Shown here: piece after piece, positions 16,138 to 24,700 of the stretch
Layout of the letters: each line of letters begins with the position of its first letter
Position numbering within the stretch: the stretch's first letter is position 1
Source: a virus
Reading direction: 5' to 3' (one strand)
IMG/VR virus record: IMGVR_UViG_3300048793_000029
Coordinates: 8,250-72,249 of that record
Length of the DNA stretch: 64,000 nucleotides
Notes under the pieces: generated by a model
What the model was told of the DNA's origin: nothing
Databases searched by the model: none
Seen by the model: only the letters and a program-made list of their open reading frames with translations
Translations under genes and position numbers: made by a program

Positions 16138-18015
16138 ATGCAAACAATCATTGAACTGTGGAAGAAGCAGCCCGGCAAATTTTTTTGTGTCTCGACGAAA
16201 AACGCCATGGGGCGTTGGAAAGACAACTTTTTTAAGAGGAGCGAGCTCGGAGACGTTCGGGAGTTTTTGAAGGACAATTCCGACAAGGACATTTATTGGT
16301 GCGTGTGCGGATTAACCCATCCACAGCGGAGGAAAGAGTTCGTCGAGTTGCCTAAGATGCTCTGGGCTGATCTCGATGAAGCGAACCCTCACAAGATGCG
16401 ACCGAAGCCCACGATCGCCATCGAGTCGTCGCCCGGGCGTTGGGTAGGTCTGTGGTTGACCGATCAAGTGGTGACTGAGAGCATCAACAAGCGCCTCACC
16501 TCGCTCGTAGGGGCGGACCCGGCGGGCTATGATGTGACGCAGGTGCTTCGCATACCGGGAACGACCAACTATAAATATCAAAGCAATCCGCGCGTACGAG
16601 AGCTATGGGATGATGGCCCAACGTGGAGGTTGCGCGATATCGAGAAGATGCTGCCTGAAGATGAAGAAGACGATGAGATGGGAGAAGGGGCAGCAACGAT
16701 ATTCAAAAAATATGAAAAGAGTCTACCGGCGCAGACACGTCATGAGCTCATGTCGGGAAAGCCCACTCCGGGTAAGAGGTCGGAGGTTCTCTGGCGCCTC
16801 GAGAATGATTTGATTGAGGCCGGGGTAAGTCGAGAAGAAGCGTTCATATTGCTGAAGGCGTCGCCTTGGAACAAGTTCAGAGGGCGAGCAGGAGAAGATG
16901 ATCAACTCAACCGTGAGCTGGATAAGGTGTATGCCAAGAAGTTCAAGGGGAAGAAGTGGAAAGAAGAGGAAACTCCGGCGCACAAGAACGGCTATACTTT
17001 CTTAGCAACGAACATGGACGATGTCGAAGAAGAAAATATCAATTGGCTATGGTTTCCCTACTTAGCGAGGGGCGAAGTGACCATCATCGAAGGGGACCCG
17101 GGCGTGGGAAAAAGCTATTTGTGTCAGATGGTGGCGAAAGGCTTAGTCGATGGAGATCGCATGCCGAGCGTCAAGAAGGAGATGACGCGTCATGTAAAAG
17201 GAAAGGTAGCTTACTTCGACATTGAAAACACCGCAGCGACGGTGACGAAGAAAAGGCTCAAGTATAACGGCTGCAAGAACATGGGGGACTTTTATCAAGA
17301 GGAAGAGCCGTTCAGCATCGATGACGCCCCGGCACTCGGGCATGTTTACGAGGCGATCGAAAAGCTCAAGCCGGTGGCGGTGTTCTTCGACACGGTGAAC
17401 CTCTACATAGGCAAGGCCGATACGCACAAGAGCAGCGAGACGACGCAAGCGCTGGCCGTGTTTAAAGATATCGCTCGTCGTTTTGATTGCTCGGTCGTGA
17501 TCGTGCGCCACTTGACGAAAGGAAACGCCGGGGTGAGCGCATTGTATAGAGGGCAGGGATCGATTGCCTTCACCGGAGTGTCGCGCATCGTCATGACGGT
17601 GGGCACGGACCCCGAAGACGCCGAGATCAAGGTCGTCTCGGTGACGAAGCTCAATCTGGCCAAGAGACCGCAAGCGCTGACCTTCACCATCGATGCCTTG
17701 CCCGATACGCTGAAGGAGAATGATCGGTCTCGCTTTGCTTGGGGGGGTTTCGTCAACCTGAGCAGCGACGAGATACTCGCAACGTCGAAAGGCGGCGGCA
17801 ATCACGAGCGCGACGGGGCGATCGAGTTCCTTAAGCGAGAGCTCGAAGATGGTGCTGTGAAAGTGGGCGAACTGGAGGTCATGGCGGAGAAGAGGAGCAT
17901 ATCGCGCCGCACCCTTTATCGCGCCTCAGAAGAGCTCGGAGTGAAGAAGAAATTGACCGGTTATGGAAAGGGTCGAACATCGACTTGGAAGTTGGCATTT
18001 AAAGGCAAAAAGTGA
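16138..18015 (+). CDS. RepB-type primase fused to AAA_25 helicase
   Basis: LWADLD, IESSPGR, QVLRIPGT.NYKY primase motifs; GDPGVGKS Walker A; VIVRHLTK. Confidence 0.88.
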   Translation: MQTIIELWKKQPGKFFCVSTKNAMGRWKDNFFKRSELGDVREFLKDNSDKDIYWCVCGLTHPQRRKEFVELPKMLWADLDEANPHKMRPKPTIAIESSPGRWVGLWLTDQVVTESINKRLTSLVGADPAGYDVTQVLRIPGTTNYKYQSNPRVRELWDDGPTWRLRDIEKMLPEDEEDDEMGEGAATIFKKYEKSLPAQTRHELMSGKPTPGKRSEVLWRLENDLIEAGVSREEAFILLKASPWNKFRGRAGEDDQLNRELDKVYAKKFKGKKWKEEETPAHKNGYTFLATNMDDVEEENINWLWFPYLARGEVTIIEGDPGVGKSYLCQMVAKGLVDGDRMPSVKKEMTRHVKGKVAYFDIENTAATVTKKRLKYNGCKNMGDFYQEEEPFSIDDAPALGHVYEAIEKLKPVAVFFDTVNLYIGKADTHKSSETTQALAVFKDIARRFDCSVVIVRHLTKGNAGVSALYRGQGSIAFTGVSRIVMTVGTDPEDAEIKVVSVTKLNLAKRPQALTFTIDALPDTLKENDRSRFAWGGFVNLSSDEILATSKGGGNHERDGAIEFLKRELEDGAVKVGELEVMAEKRSISRRTLYRASEELGVKKKLTGYGKGRTSTWKLAFKGKK

Positions 18016-18200
18016 TGGGTTGGCATTTTAACTTTAAAATGCCAAAGGGGCATAACGCGGTGGCATTTCAACTCTCTCTAAATTACAGAAGTGCCGGTGA
18101 ACATTGAACTTGCTTCGCGATGCGTGCCAACTTTCCTACACACACAAAAAAATGGCACGTAAAGACACAAAAACCCCTAAAATAATAATATGCCACCTTT
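17993..18200. repeat. AT-rich region with TGGCA/TGCCA repeats and a 12-bp inverted repeat (putative origin)
   Basis: TTGGCATTTTAA-CT-TTAAAATGCCAA at 18020-18045; TGGCA or TGCCA at 17993, 18021, 18040, 18061, 18125, 18153, 18191. Confidence 0.6.
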
Positions 18201-18281
18201 TTTATGTACGCGCGTGCGCGCGCGATGTTGACAAGACGTGCCGTACAGGCGCAGAGTCGTGATTCTCAACGGGAGATTATC

Positions 18282-18806
18282 ATGAGATCACCATCACCAC
18301 CTAAGCGGCCTGCTAAGTACTCGGTCATGTGCGAGCTAGGACATCGTCTCTACAGCGACAACTTCATGGAGAAGGGAGATGCAGCGGCCTTCGTGCAGGC
18401 GGTTCTCCAAAACGAACCCCTGCGTTGGGAGTCGCCTGAAGAGGCAACGGCGAAAGGAGGCGTCCTTGTCATCAAGGCAGATGACCTGGAAGACCTAGTT
18501 GAAATGGAGAGGGTGCCGAGTTTGAGTAGTGAACAATTGCGAGCGGTGAAGGCATTCTTGAGCGGGCATTGGCCTCCGAACGATAAGGTGCCGGGATCGG
18601 CTACGTCGACGAACGCGAAGAAGGCTGTGATGAAAAAGCCCGGTCTCGTTACCTTAGCCGACATGTGCACTCGTAATAAATGGACACCGCGCGTCGCACG
18701 TATGAAGCTGAGAAAGGCAAAGGTGAAGAGGCCGAAGGACGCTGGCTGGGCCTGGCCTTCGAACGAAGCAGCGAAGATCGAGAAGCAGCTGAAGGAACTG
18801 ATATAG
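18282..18806 (+). CDS. hypothetical protein with C-terminal basic HTH-like domain (paralogue 2)
   Basis: AACGGGAGA-N5-ATG start; VTLADMC...PRVARMKLRKAK...GWAW. Confidence 0.7.
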   Translation: MRSPSPPKRPAKYSVMCELGHRLYSDNFMEKGDAAAFVQAVLQNEPLRWESPEEATAKGGVLVIKADDLEDLVEMERVPSLSSEQLRAVKAFLSGHWPPNDKVPGSATSTNAKKAVMKKPGLVTLADMCTRNKWTPRVARMKLRKAKVKRPKDAGWAWPSNEAAKIEKQLKELI

Positions 18807-18863
18807 GAATACTATCCTATATGCCCATGCGGATATACCGGATACACCGGCATATCTTTATTG

Positions 18864-18891
18864 TTGACAAGGCATGCGGATATGGTAGTAT
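18864..18891 (+). promoter_or_regulatory. sigma70-like promoter
   Basis: TTGACA-N16-TAGTAT, flanked by repeated GGATAT motifs. Confidence 0.5.
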
Positions 18892-18899
18892 GGATATGC

Positions 18900-19250
18900 C
18901 ACTTGATGGCTACGGGACAAGGATTGGGTCCAAGAGCATAAAACACCGATCCCGCCACGCCCCCCCGGGGCTGCACGCGGAGACAGGCATGCGATCCTGA
19001 CACGTTCGCCCCAAGCCGCCCGCAAGTCGCAGTAGGAGGAGCTGGGTCAGTAAAGGGCTAACGCCCTGCGCAGCCAGTGGAACGACGCTGGGCGCGCTCG
19101 AGAAGATAAAAATCACATCAGCAACGCGGAGACAGTTCAAAGGAACGTCGCGCACATGACGATGGGCAGTAGCCTCAACGTCGACATGTGGCGGGTGTGA
19201 ATGTCTACGCAAATCCTAACGTCGCGGGTCGAGAGGCCTGCGGCGTTATA
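18900..19250 (+). ncRNA. candidate structured non-coding RNA or long leader
   Basis: No convincing ORF. Long-range pair CCCGCCAC (18951-58) with GTGGCGGG (19188-95); C(UAAC)G hairpin 19054-67; GAGA-loop hairpin with G-U pairs 19217-48. Confidence 0.45.
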
Positions 19251-19279
19251 GTGTGCGATGACAACAACGGGAGATGGAT

Positions 19280-19510
19280 ATGCAAATTTTAATGATGGCG
19301 GTGCAGGCGCAGCTTGATCGTTCTCACTCGATGTATGACGTCAAGATCCAAAACATCTTGACTGTTGAAAAAGGCTGGCTCGTGATCTTCGAGATTACGC
19401 CTCAGGTATTGCCGGGTGAGAGAACAATGCTATCGCGTTATCAGCGATGCGCGTTCTTCACGCAGACGGATAAGGGCATCAACTGCCCGAACGATATCAT
19501 CTTGGGATGA
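19280..19510 (+). CDS. hypothetical protein
   Basis: AACGGGAGA-N5-ATG start. Confidence 0.6.
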   Translation: MQILMMAVQAQLDRSHSMYDVKIQNILTVEKGWLVIFEITPQVLPGERTMLSRYQRCAFFTQTDKGINCPNDIILG

Positions 19511-19521
19511 GAAGGTGAAAC

Positions 19522-19716
19522 ATGGAAAAGATACGGGATAGGATACGCAAGCTGCTGAGGCTGGCGCGCGACAAAGGCGCGAGCGAGAATGAGGCGGCCA
19601 GCGCGATGGCGATGGCGTCACGTCTGATGCTCCAACAGTTGAGGACGGCGTGGCTAGGCCCAAAGGCAAGGCTGAAGCAACGGGCCTTCGCTCTTGCTCT
19701 GGAGCACGCCCGATGA
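19522..19716 (+). CDS. short DUF2786-like protein, possibly a truncated remnant
   Basis: KIRDRIRKLL.LA.D.GASENEAASAM.MA..LM; only 64 aa. Confidence 0.55.
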   Translation: MEKIRDRIRKLLRLARDKGASENEAASAMAMASRLMLQQLRTAWLGPKARLKQRAFALALEHAR

Positions 19717-19901
19717 CGACACTCGAAGAGTTCATGGGGGGCACACCGTTGAAGTACGTGTGGGATGATAACACGTGGACTGCAGTCTATCGCGTTGGCA
19801 CTATAGAGTTGCGTTGTGGTAAGCGTCGCGAGAGTGTGGAAATGATTGACAAGATAGGAGCATCACGCTTTTATCACAACATCAAAGGAGCGATGATATG
19901 A
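19713..19901 (+). CDS. hypothetical protein
   Basis: ATGA overlaps on both sides; GGAG RBS. Confidence 0.5.
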   Translation: MTTLEEFMGGTPLKYVWDDNTWTAVYRVGTIELRCGKRRESVEMIDKIGASRFYHNIKGAMI

Positions 19902-20581
19902 CTAAGGAACTTGAGATACCTGCGGATGGGAGCATACCCAAGTTCTTGGCTAGGGGAAAGCCCACCGAAGAGAACAAGGCGCGCATCGCGGCGATCGTCG
20001 CTGAAGGCAAGAACCCGACGATCAAGTTGGCTGAACCTACGGGCGAGCGACGTGATTGGTTGAGGCCGAAGGGAATGAGCGACGAGGACTGGAAAAAATA
20101 CCAGGAGGCTGAAGCGACGAAGAAAAAGGCCGCGACGACGGAACGACTGAAAGGATTGAAGAAAGAAAGGCAACCGAAACGTCCAGCGCGTGACGGACTG
20201 ATCAGCGTGGGAGACATTGCCAAGAAAGCTGGATTGCTGCCACGTGAGGCGCGAGCCATACTACGATCGGCGAAGGAGCCCAAGCCCGCGTGTGGTTGGG
20301 CGTTCGACACGACGACGGCTGGTCGCATCGAGGGACTGCTGAGAGCCGGGGCGGCTAAGGCGCCGCCGAAAGGGACACCCGGCACGAAGCCCACGCCGAA
20401 GGGATTGAGTATACCACCTCCGGAGGAGACGACATGGTCCTTGTCGAAGAAAGACAAGAAGAAATGGAAGACCGATGTGAAAAAGCGAGATGTTTCCATG
20501 GTCGACGCCGAAGCCGCCGAGGCAAAGACTGCACCGAAAAAGCGGACGTTATCGAAAGCCGCGACTGCGAGGAAGAAATGA
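19898..20581 (+). CDS. Lys-rich protein with internal HTH-like domain (paralogue 3)
   Basis: ISVGDIAKKAGLLPREARAILRSAK...GWAF; AGGAG RBS. Confidence 0.7.
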   Translation: MTKELEIPADGSIPKFLARGKPTEENKARIAAIVAEGKNPTIKLAEPTGERRDWLRPKGMSDEDWKKYQEAEATKKKAATTERLKGLKKERQPKRPARDGLISVGDIAKKAGLLPREARAILRSAKEPKPACGWAFDTTTAGRIEGLLRAGAAKAPPKGTPGTKPTPKGLSIPPPEETTWSLSKKDKKKWKTDVKKRDVSMVDAEAAEAKTAPKKRTLSKAATARKK

Positions 20582-20799
20582 CCGTTGTGACCAAGATACA
20601 GGGACGTGGCGAGACTGAACTGTATGCCTCGCCTTCGATAGCGCGCAGGGGGTACATGAACTTGCTAGTGATTGCGGTGAATGCTTATGAAGTCTATCGC
20701 ATCATCGGGCTCATGGCTGACACGTTCGCCGAAGTGACGTTCACTGATCCGGCTCGCTGCGGCGATCACCGCTGGGGTAGTTATGGGAGAGTGAAATGA
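20578..20799 (+). CDS. hypothetical protein
   Basis: ATGA overlap; GAGGA RBS. Confidence 0.45.
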   Translation: MTVVTKIQGRGETELYASPSIARRGYMNLLVIAVNAYEVYRIIGLMADTFAEVTFTDPARCGDHRWGSYGRVK

Positions 20800-21093
20800 A
20801 ACGGATCGAGTGGAAGATCTTGACGACGGCGCGGATCGAGTTGCAGTGTCGTCAAGACGATGATGAGGAGTGGAAGATTTTGACGACAGCGCACTATCCT
20901 ATAGGCGATACTGGAATCGAGACGCAGGAACGCCAAATGAGTGTGCGCTACATCAACGACTGCCACCGTTGATGGCAGTCGAATACTTACCTGTTCGGAC
21001 AAGAGTTCAGGATTGTGAAGCCGAAAGGGTTTTGAAACATGGCAGCGTGTCTGTCGTGTCACGGTGCACTGAGCACCTCAACGGGAGAGAGAG

Positions 21094-21444
21094 ATGGAAA
21101 AAGTGTTCAACGTTCATCTTCGTGTCAATGGACAGAGGGCTCTGTCAACGTTACTAGAGGTAACCGACGGCACTGCGGAGATCGTCGAAATCAAAGAAGC
21201 GATTGTCAAGCCGGTGAAGTCGCACGCCTATGTTGGCGGAAAAAGAGACAAGGGGATCAGGTCTGACGATTTGATCAAGGAGATTTTTACCAATGCCAAG
21301 CGTCCCGTAAGTCATGATGAAATTTCCAAAGAATTTGTGCGTCGTGGTTTTGCGGGCAACAGCTGCAGTCCGTCACTAAGTGTGGCCGTTCGCAACAAGA
21401 AGATACACAAATTGCCAGATGGGAGGTATGAAGCAATCAAGTAA
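21094..21444 (+). CDS. hypothetical protein, possible C-terminal winged helix
   Basis: AACGGGAGA-N5-ATG start; helical C-terminus ending K.PDGRY. Confidence 0.6.
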   Translation: MEKVFNVHLRVNGQRALSTLLEVTDGTAEIVEIKEAIVKPVKSHAYVGGKRDKGIRSDDLIKEIFTNAKRPVSHDEISKEFVRRGFAGNSCSPSLSVAVRNKKIHKLPDGRYEAIK

Positions 21445-21521
21445 AGACATCAGCTCGATGCACCTGGAGACGGGTGCATCAGGGTGTTGTCATGACGACA
21501 CACCATTAACGGGAGATGGCT

Positions 21522-21734
21522 ATGACTGATACCAAGAAAGCCGGCGTTGCGTTGTCGAAGATCGCGACGGAGTTGAAGATAGACCCGAAAGTGGCACGCG
21601 CTAAGTTGCGTCGCGCCAAAGTGCCTGCGGGTATGACTGTGGGCGATACCTGGATGCTCACTCCGAAAGGCGTGATGTGGGCGAAGGCATTGCTGAGGGG
21701 TGAAAAGCCTAAGGCAACAGCAACGGCGGCGTGA
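21522..21734 (+). CDS. small basic HTH-like protein (paralogue 4)
   Basis: VALSKIATELKIDPKVARAKLRRAK...TW; AACGGGAGA-N5-ATG start. Confidence 0.7.
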   Translation: MTDTKKAGVALSKIATELKIDPKVARAKLRRAKVPAGMTVGDTWMLTPKGVMWAKALLRGEKPKATATAA

Positions 21735-21742
21735 ACTAAAAC

Positions 21743-21779
21743 AAAGCGTCCATTGGCATTAGCTGATGGGCGCTTTTTT
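21743..21779 (+). terminator. intrinsic terminator
   Basis: AAAGCGTCCATTGGC-ATTA-GCTGATGGGCGCTTT followed by a T run. Confidence 0.8.
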
Positions 21780-21840
21780 AGTGGGTTGACGAGGAAGGGT
21801 TTGAGTGTTTAGTGTGGGGGATGATCAAGGAGACCAAAGC

Positions 21841-22368
21841 ATGGCTCGAGGAAGGCCGCGTAAGCAAGGACCTCGAACCAAAGGAGGTCGACTGAGGTAT
21901 GACAAACTTGACGCAAGATACCCAACAGCTTTGATACGTGTGAGGGATTTCGGGGTGTCTGTAGTGCAAAGTGTTTCTCCCTTTGCAGGCCATCTTGCGG
22001 GAGTGCTTTACTTACGAGGATTGATCGAGAAAGAAGAACTGGGTCGATTTCACTCTTATTTGCAGATGGTGCCAACGACGATGCGCGCAATCCAATACGG
22101 GATACGCGTGAGCGGGCGTGAAGGAGGGGTTGAGTTCAGGCCTTCGAGGGGGTATTGGAGGCTATGTCGTAAGCTGGGACGCGACATTGATGTGCTGCAC
22201 CAACTCGCAATTGACCGGCTTATATGCCCGGTTTCACGCTTGCGTCATATCCTCTCCCGAGTACCATTGACACCCGCCGGCTCCTCTTATATACAAGCTG
22301 CTGAAACTCATCAATCACCAGTGCGCCTTGAAGCTCGCCGCGGCCCGATTGTCGTGGGTTCGGTATAA
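21841..22368 (+). CDS. hypothetical protein upstream of terS (possible late regulator)
   Basis: AAGGAG RBS; MARGRPRK basic N-terminus; function guessed from position only. Confidence 0.55.
   Translation: MARGRPRKQGPRTKGGRLRYDKLDARYPTALIRVRDFGVSVVQSVSPFAGHLAGVLYLRGLIEKEELGRFHSYLQMVPTTMRAIQYGIRVSGREGGVEFRPSRGYWRLCRKLGRDIDVLHQLAIDRLICPVSRLRHILSRVPLTPAGSSYIQAAETHQSPVRLEARRGPIVVGSV
22267..22295 (+). promoter_or_regulatory. possible promoter for the packaging operon
   Basis: TTGACA-N17-TATACA about 110 bp upstream of terS. Confidence 0.35.
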
Positions 22369-22402
22369 CGAAATGGCTATGGATATGGCTTGGATCTAAC
22401 CG

Positions 22403-22897
22403 ATGTCAGGTAGCCCAGAAACCGCAAGAGAGAATGGCAAGAAAGGCGGCCGTCCTCCGGGTGCGCTGACCAAGATGTCGAGACGCAAAGCCATCGAGTT
22501 AGCCCTGGCTAATCGTACCCCGCTCGACGTCATGGTCGACAACATGAACTTCTGGTGGGACAAAGGAAAAGACTTAGGAGAAGTGCTTGAGCAACAGCTA
22601 GCTCGTATTTCTTCAATCAAAGGTAAAGAGAAAGTCAAGCAAGCGTTATCCGAAGTTAATAAGATAGCCACGCATTTTCTGGCCGCACGCGAGAACGCCC
22701 AACGTTGCGCTGTCGATGCGGCTCCTTACGTACATCCCCGGTTCCAGTCGATCGAGTTCAAAGGCCAGCTGGAAGTCAGCGAAGTGGAAAAGATTTCCAA
22801 GGAGATGACGCCGGATAAGGCCAAGGAACTGTATGCCAGCACTATCAAACCGGATAGCAACGTCTCGCCGTTCCCGGCTCGACGCGTGGCCCCCTGA
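22403..22897 (+). CDS. terS: terminase small subunit
   Basis: ENGKKGGRP.G, TPLDVM..NM, A..AAPYVHP motifs; directly upstream of terL. Confidence 0.8.
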   Translation: MSGSPETARENGKKGGRPPGALTKMSRRKAIELALANRTPLDVMVDNMNFWWDKGKDLGEVLEQQLARISSIKGKEKVKQALSEVNKIATHFLAARENAQRCAVDAAPYVHPRFQSIEFKGQLEVSEVEKISKEMTPDKAKELYASTIKPDSNVSPFPARRVAP

Positions 22898-24551
22898 CTA
22901 CACCGCTGTTCTGGCTTGGCGTCAAGAGCAGATTGTTCGGATGCGGAAAGAGCCCGCATATCATTTTGGCTCTCTCGAGTATTACAAAGAAAACCCCGCT
23001 GAGTTCATTTCGCATTGGTGTGATACTTATGATCCTCGCAACGCTACGGGCGCCGCGATGGTACGGCCACCCTTTGTCTTGTTTCAACGGCAAACAGAGT
23101 TCGTAGAATTTCTTCAAGCATGCATTGCTGCGGAAGAAGGCGGACTGGTTGAGAAATCTCGTGACATGGGAGCCACGTGGCTTTGTTGCGCTTACTCAGT
23201 TTGGCTATGGCGCTTTGTGCCCGGTGCCTCGATCGGCTGGGGCAGTCGCAAGGCCGAACTGGTTGACAGACTGGGCGACGCCGACACGATCTTCGAAAAG
23301 ATGCGTATGATCTTGCGCGAGCTACCGCCTGAGTTCTTGCCTGTGGGATTTGATCCTGGCAGTCACGCTGCTCACATGCGGATATTTAATCCCGAGAACG
23401 GGTCGTCGATTACCGGCGAAGGCGGCGACAACATAGGCCGCGGTGGCAGGAAGCTTGTCTACTTCAAGGACGAGAGTGCACATTACGAACACGCCGAAAT
23501 GATTGAAGCTTCGCTGTCTGGCAATACGCGCGTGCAGATAGACCTGAGTTCAGTCCACGGCTTGGGAACGATCTTCCACCGCAAGCGTGAAGCCGGTGTT
23601 GACTGGGTGCCGGGTCATCCCGCGGTTAAGGGCCGTACCAATGTTTTCGTAATGGACTGGCGTGACCACCCACTCAAGACGCAAGAGTGGTACGATCAGG
23701 AGAAATCGCACAAGGAGCAGGAAGGTCTGCTCCACATCTTCGCCCAAGAGGTAGACCGCAATTACGCTGCTTCGGTTGAGGGCGTCATCATTCCGGCCGA
23801 GTGGGTCAGCGCTGCGATTGACGCTGATAAGAAATTGAGCTTCAACGACTCGGGCATGTGGGCCGCGGCCCTTGACGTCGCCGATGCCGGGCTCGACACC
23901 AACGCGCTGGCCAAGCGCAAGGGCGTCGTGCTCAAGTCGGTTGATGAATGGGGCGAGCGCGACACCGGCAAGACAACGCGGCGCGCGGTTGAGGCCTGTC
24001 GAGATTGCGGTGTTGTAGACCTACAGTATGATTCGATCGGTGTTGGTGCTGGGGTCAAGGCCGAGTCCAACCGGCTGATCGAAGAAGGCTTGATGCCGAA
24101 GAACGTGTTCCTGGCGCCGTGGAACGCCGGTGCCGAGGTGCTCGACAAGGACAAGAACTTAATCCCACACGACCGCAACTCGCCGCTCAATGGCGACTTC
24201 TTCGGCAACCTCAAGGCCCAGGGCTGGTGGCAGCTAAGGTTGCGGTTCGAGCGAACGTGGCGCGCGGTCAACGATCCGACGTTTACCTGGGAGCCCGGCC
24301 AACTGATATCCATACCGGGTACGCTGCCATTGCTTCGCAAGATCCAAAAAGAACTGTCGCAGGCCACGGCCTCGACCAACACGCGGATGAAACTGATTGT
24401 GGACAAGTCGCCCGAGGGTACGCGTTCGCCAAATTTGGCCGACGCCATCATGATGGTTTACTGGCCCTTGAAGAGCGTGCGGCCGATGCAAGTTAGTGCC
24501 GGCATGCTGCAACGGGCCTCGATGCCGATGCGCGGTAGGACGCGGTTTTAA
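22833..24551 (+). CDS. terL: terminase large subunit
   Basis: EKSRDMGATW Walker A variant, FKDESAH Walker B, LDVAD and YDSIGVGAG and SPNLADA nuclease motifs. Confidence 0.93.
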   Translation: MPALSNRIATSRRSRLDAWPPDYTAVLAWRQEQIVRMRKEPAYHFGSLEYYKENPAEFISHWCDTYDPRNATGAAMVRPPFVLFQRQTEFVEFLQACIAAEEGGLVEKSRDMGATWLCCAYSVWLWRFVPGASIGWGSRKAELVDRLGDADTIFEKMRMILRELPPEFLPVGFDPGSHAAHMRIFNPENGSSITGEGGDNIGRGGRKLVYFKDESAHYEHAEMIEASLSGNTRVQIDLSSVHGLGTIFHRKREAGVDWVPGHPAVKGRTNVFVMDWRDHPLKTQEWYDQEKSHKEQEGLLHIFAQEVDRNYAASVEGVIIPAEWVSAAIDADKKLSFNDSGMWAAALDVADAGLDTNALAKRKGVVLKSVDEWGERDTGKTTRRAVEACRDCGVVDLQYDSIGVGAGVKAESNRLIEEGLMPKNVFLAPWNAGAEVLDKDKNLIPHDRNSPLNGDFFGNLKAQGWWQLRLRFERTWRAVNDPTFTWEPGQLISIPGTLPLLRKIQKELSQATASTNTRMKLIVDKSPEGTRSPNLADAIMMVYWPLKSVRPMQVSAGMLQRASMPMRGRTRF

Positions 24552-24700
24552 GTGAAGAGTTCTACGCAGAAACCCTTTAGTGGGACGGTCACCACCTCGG
24601 ACTACAACGGGATTAAGTTGCCCGCTCTGGTCACAGGACCCCGGCTGTCGAGGAAAAAGATGTCGGGTTGCCGAGTTGTCCTCGGCCTGCGTGGATCAAA

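Noticed and set aside
18900-19250. tRNA, tmRNA or a known riboswitch
   Set aside because: No cloverleaf, T-loop/CCA end or aptamer consensus recognisable by eye.
20800-21093. ORF 20870-21157
   Set aside because: Overlaps the well-supported gene at 21094 and has no recognisable features; left uncalled.
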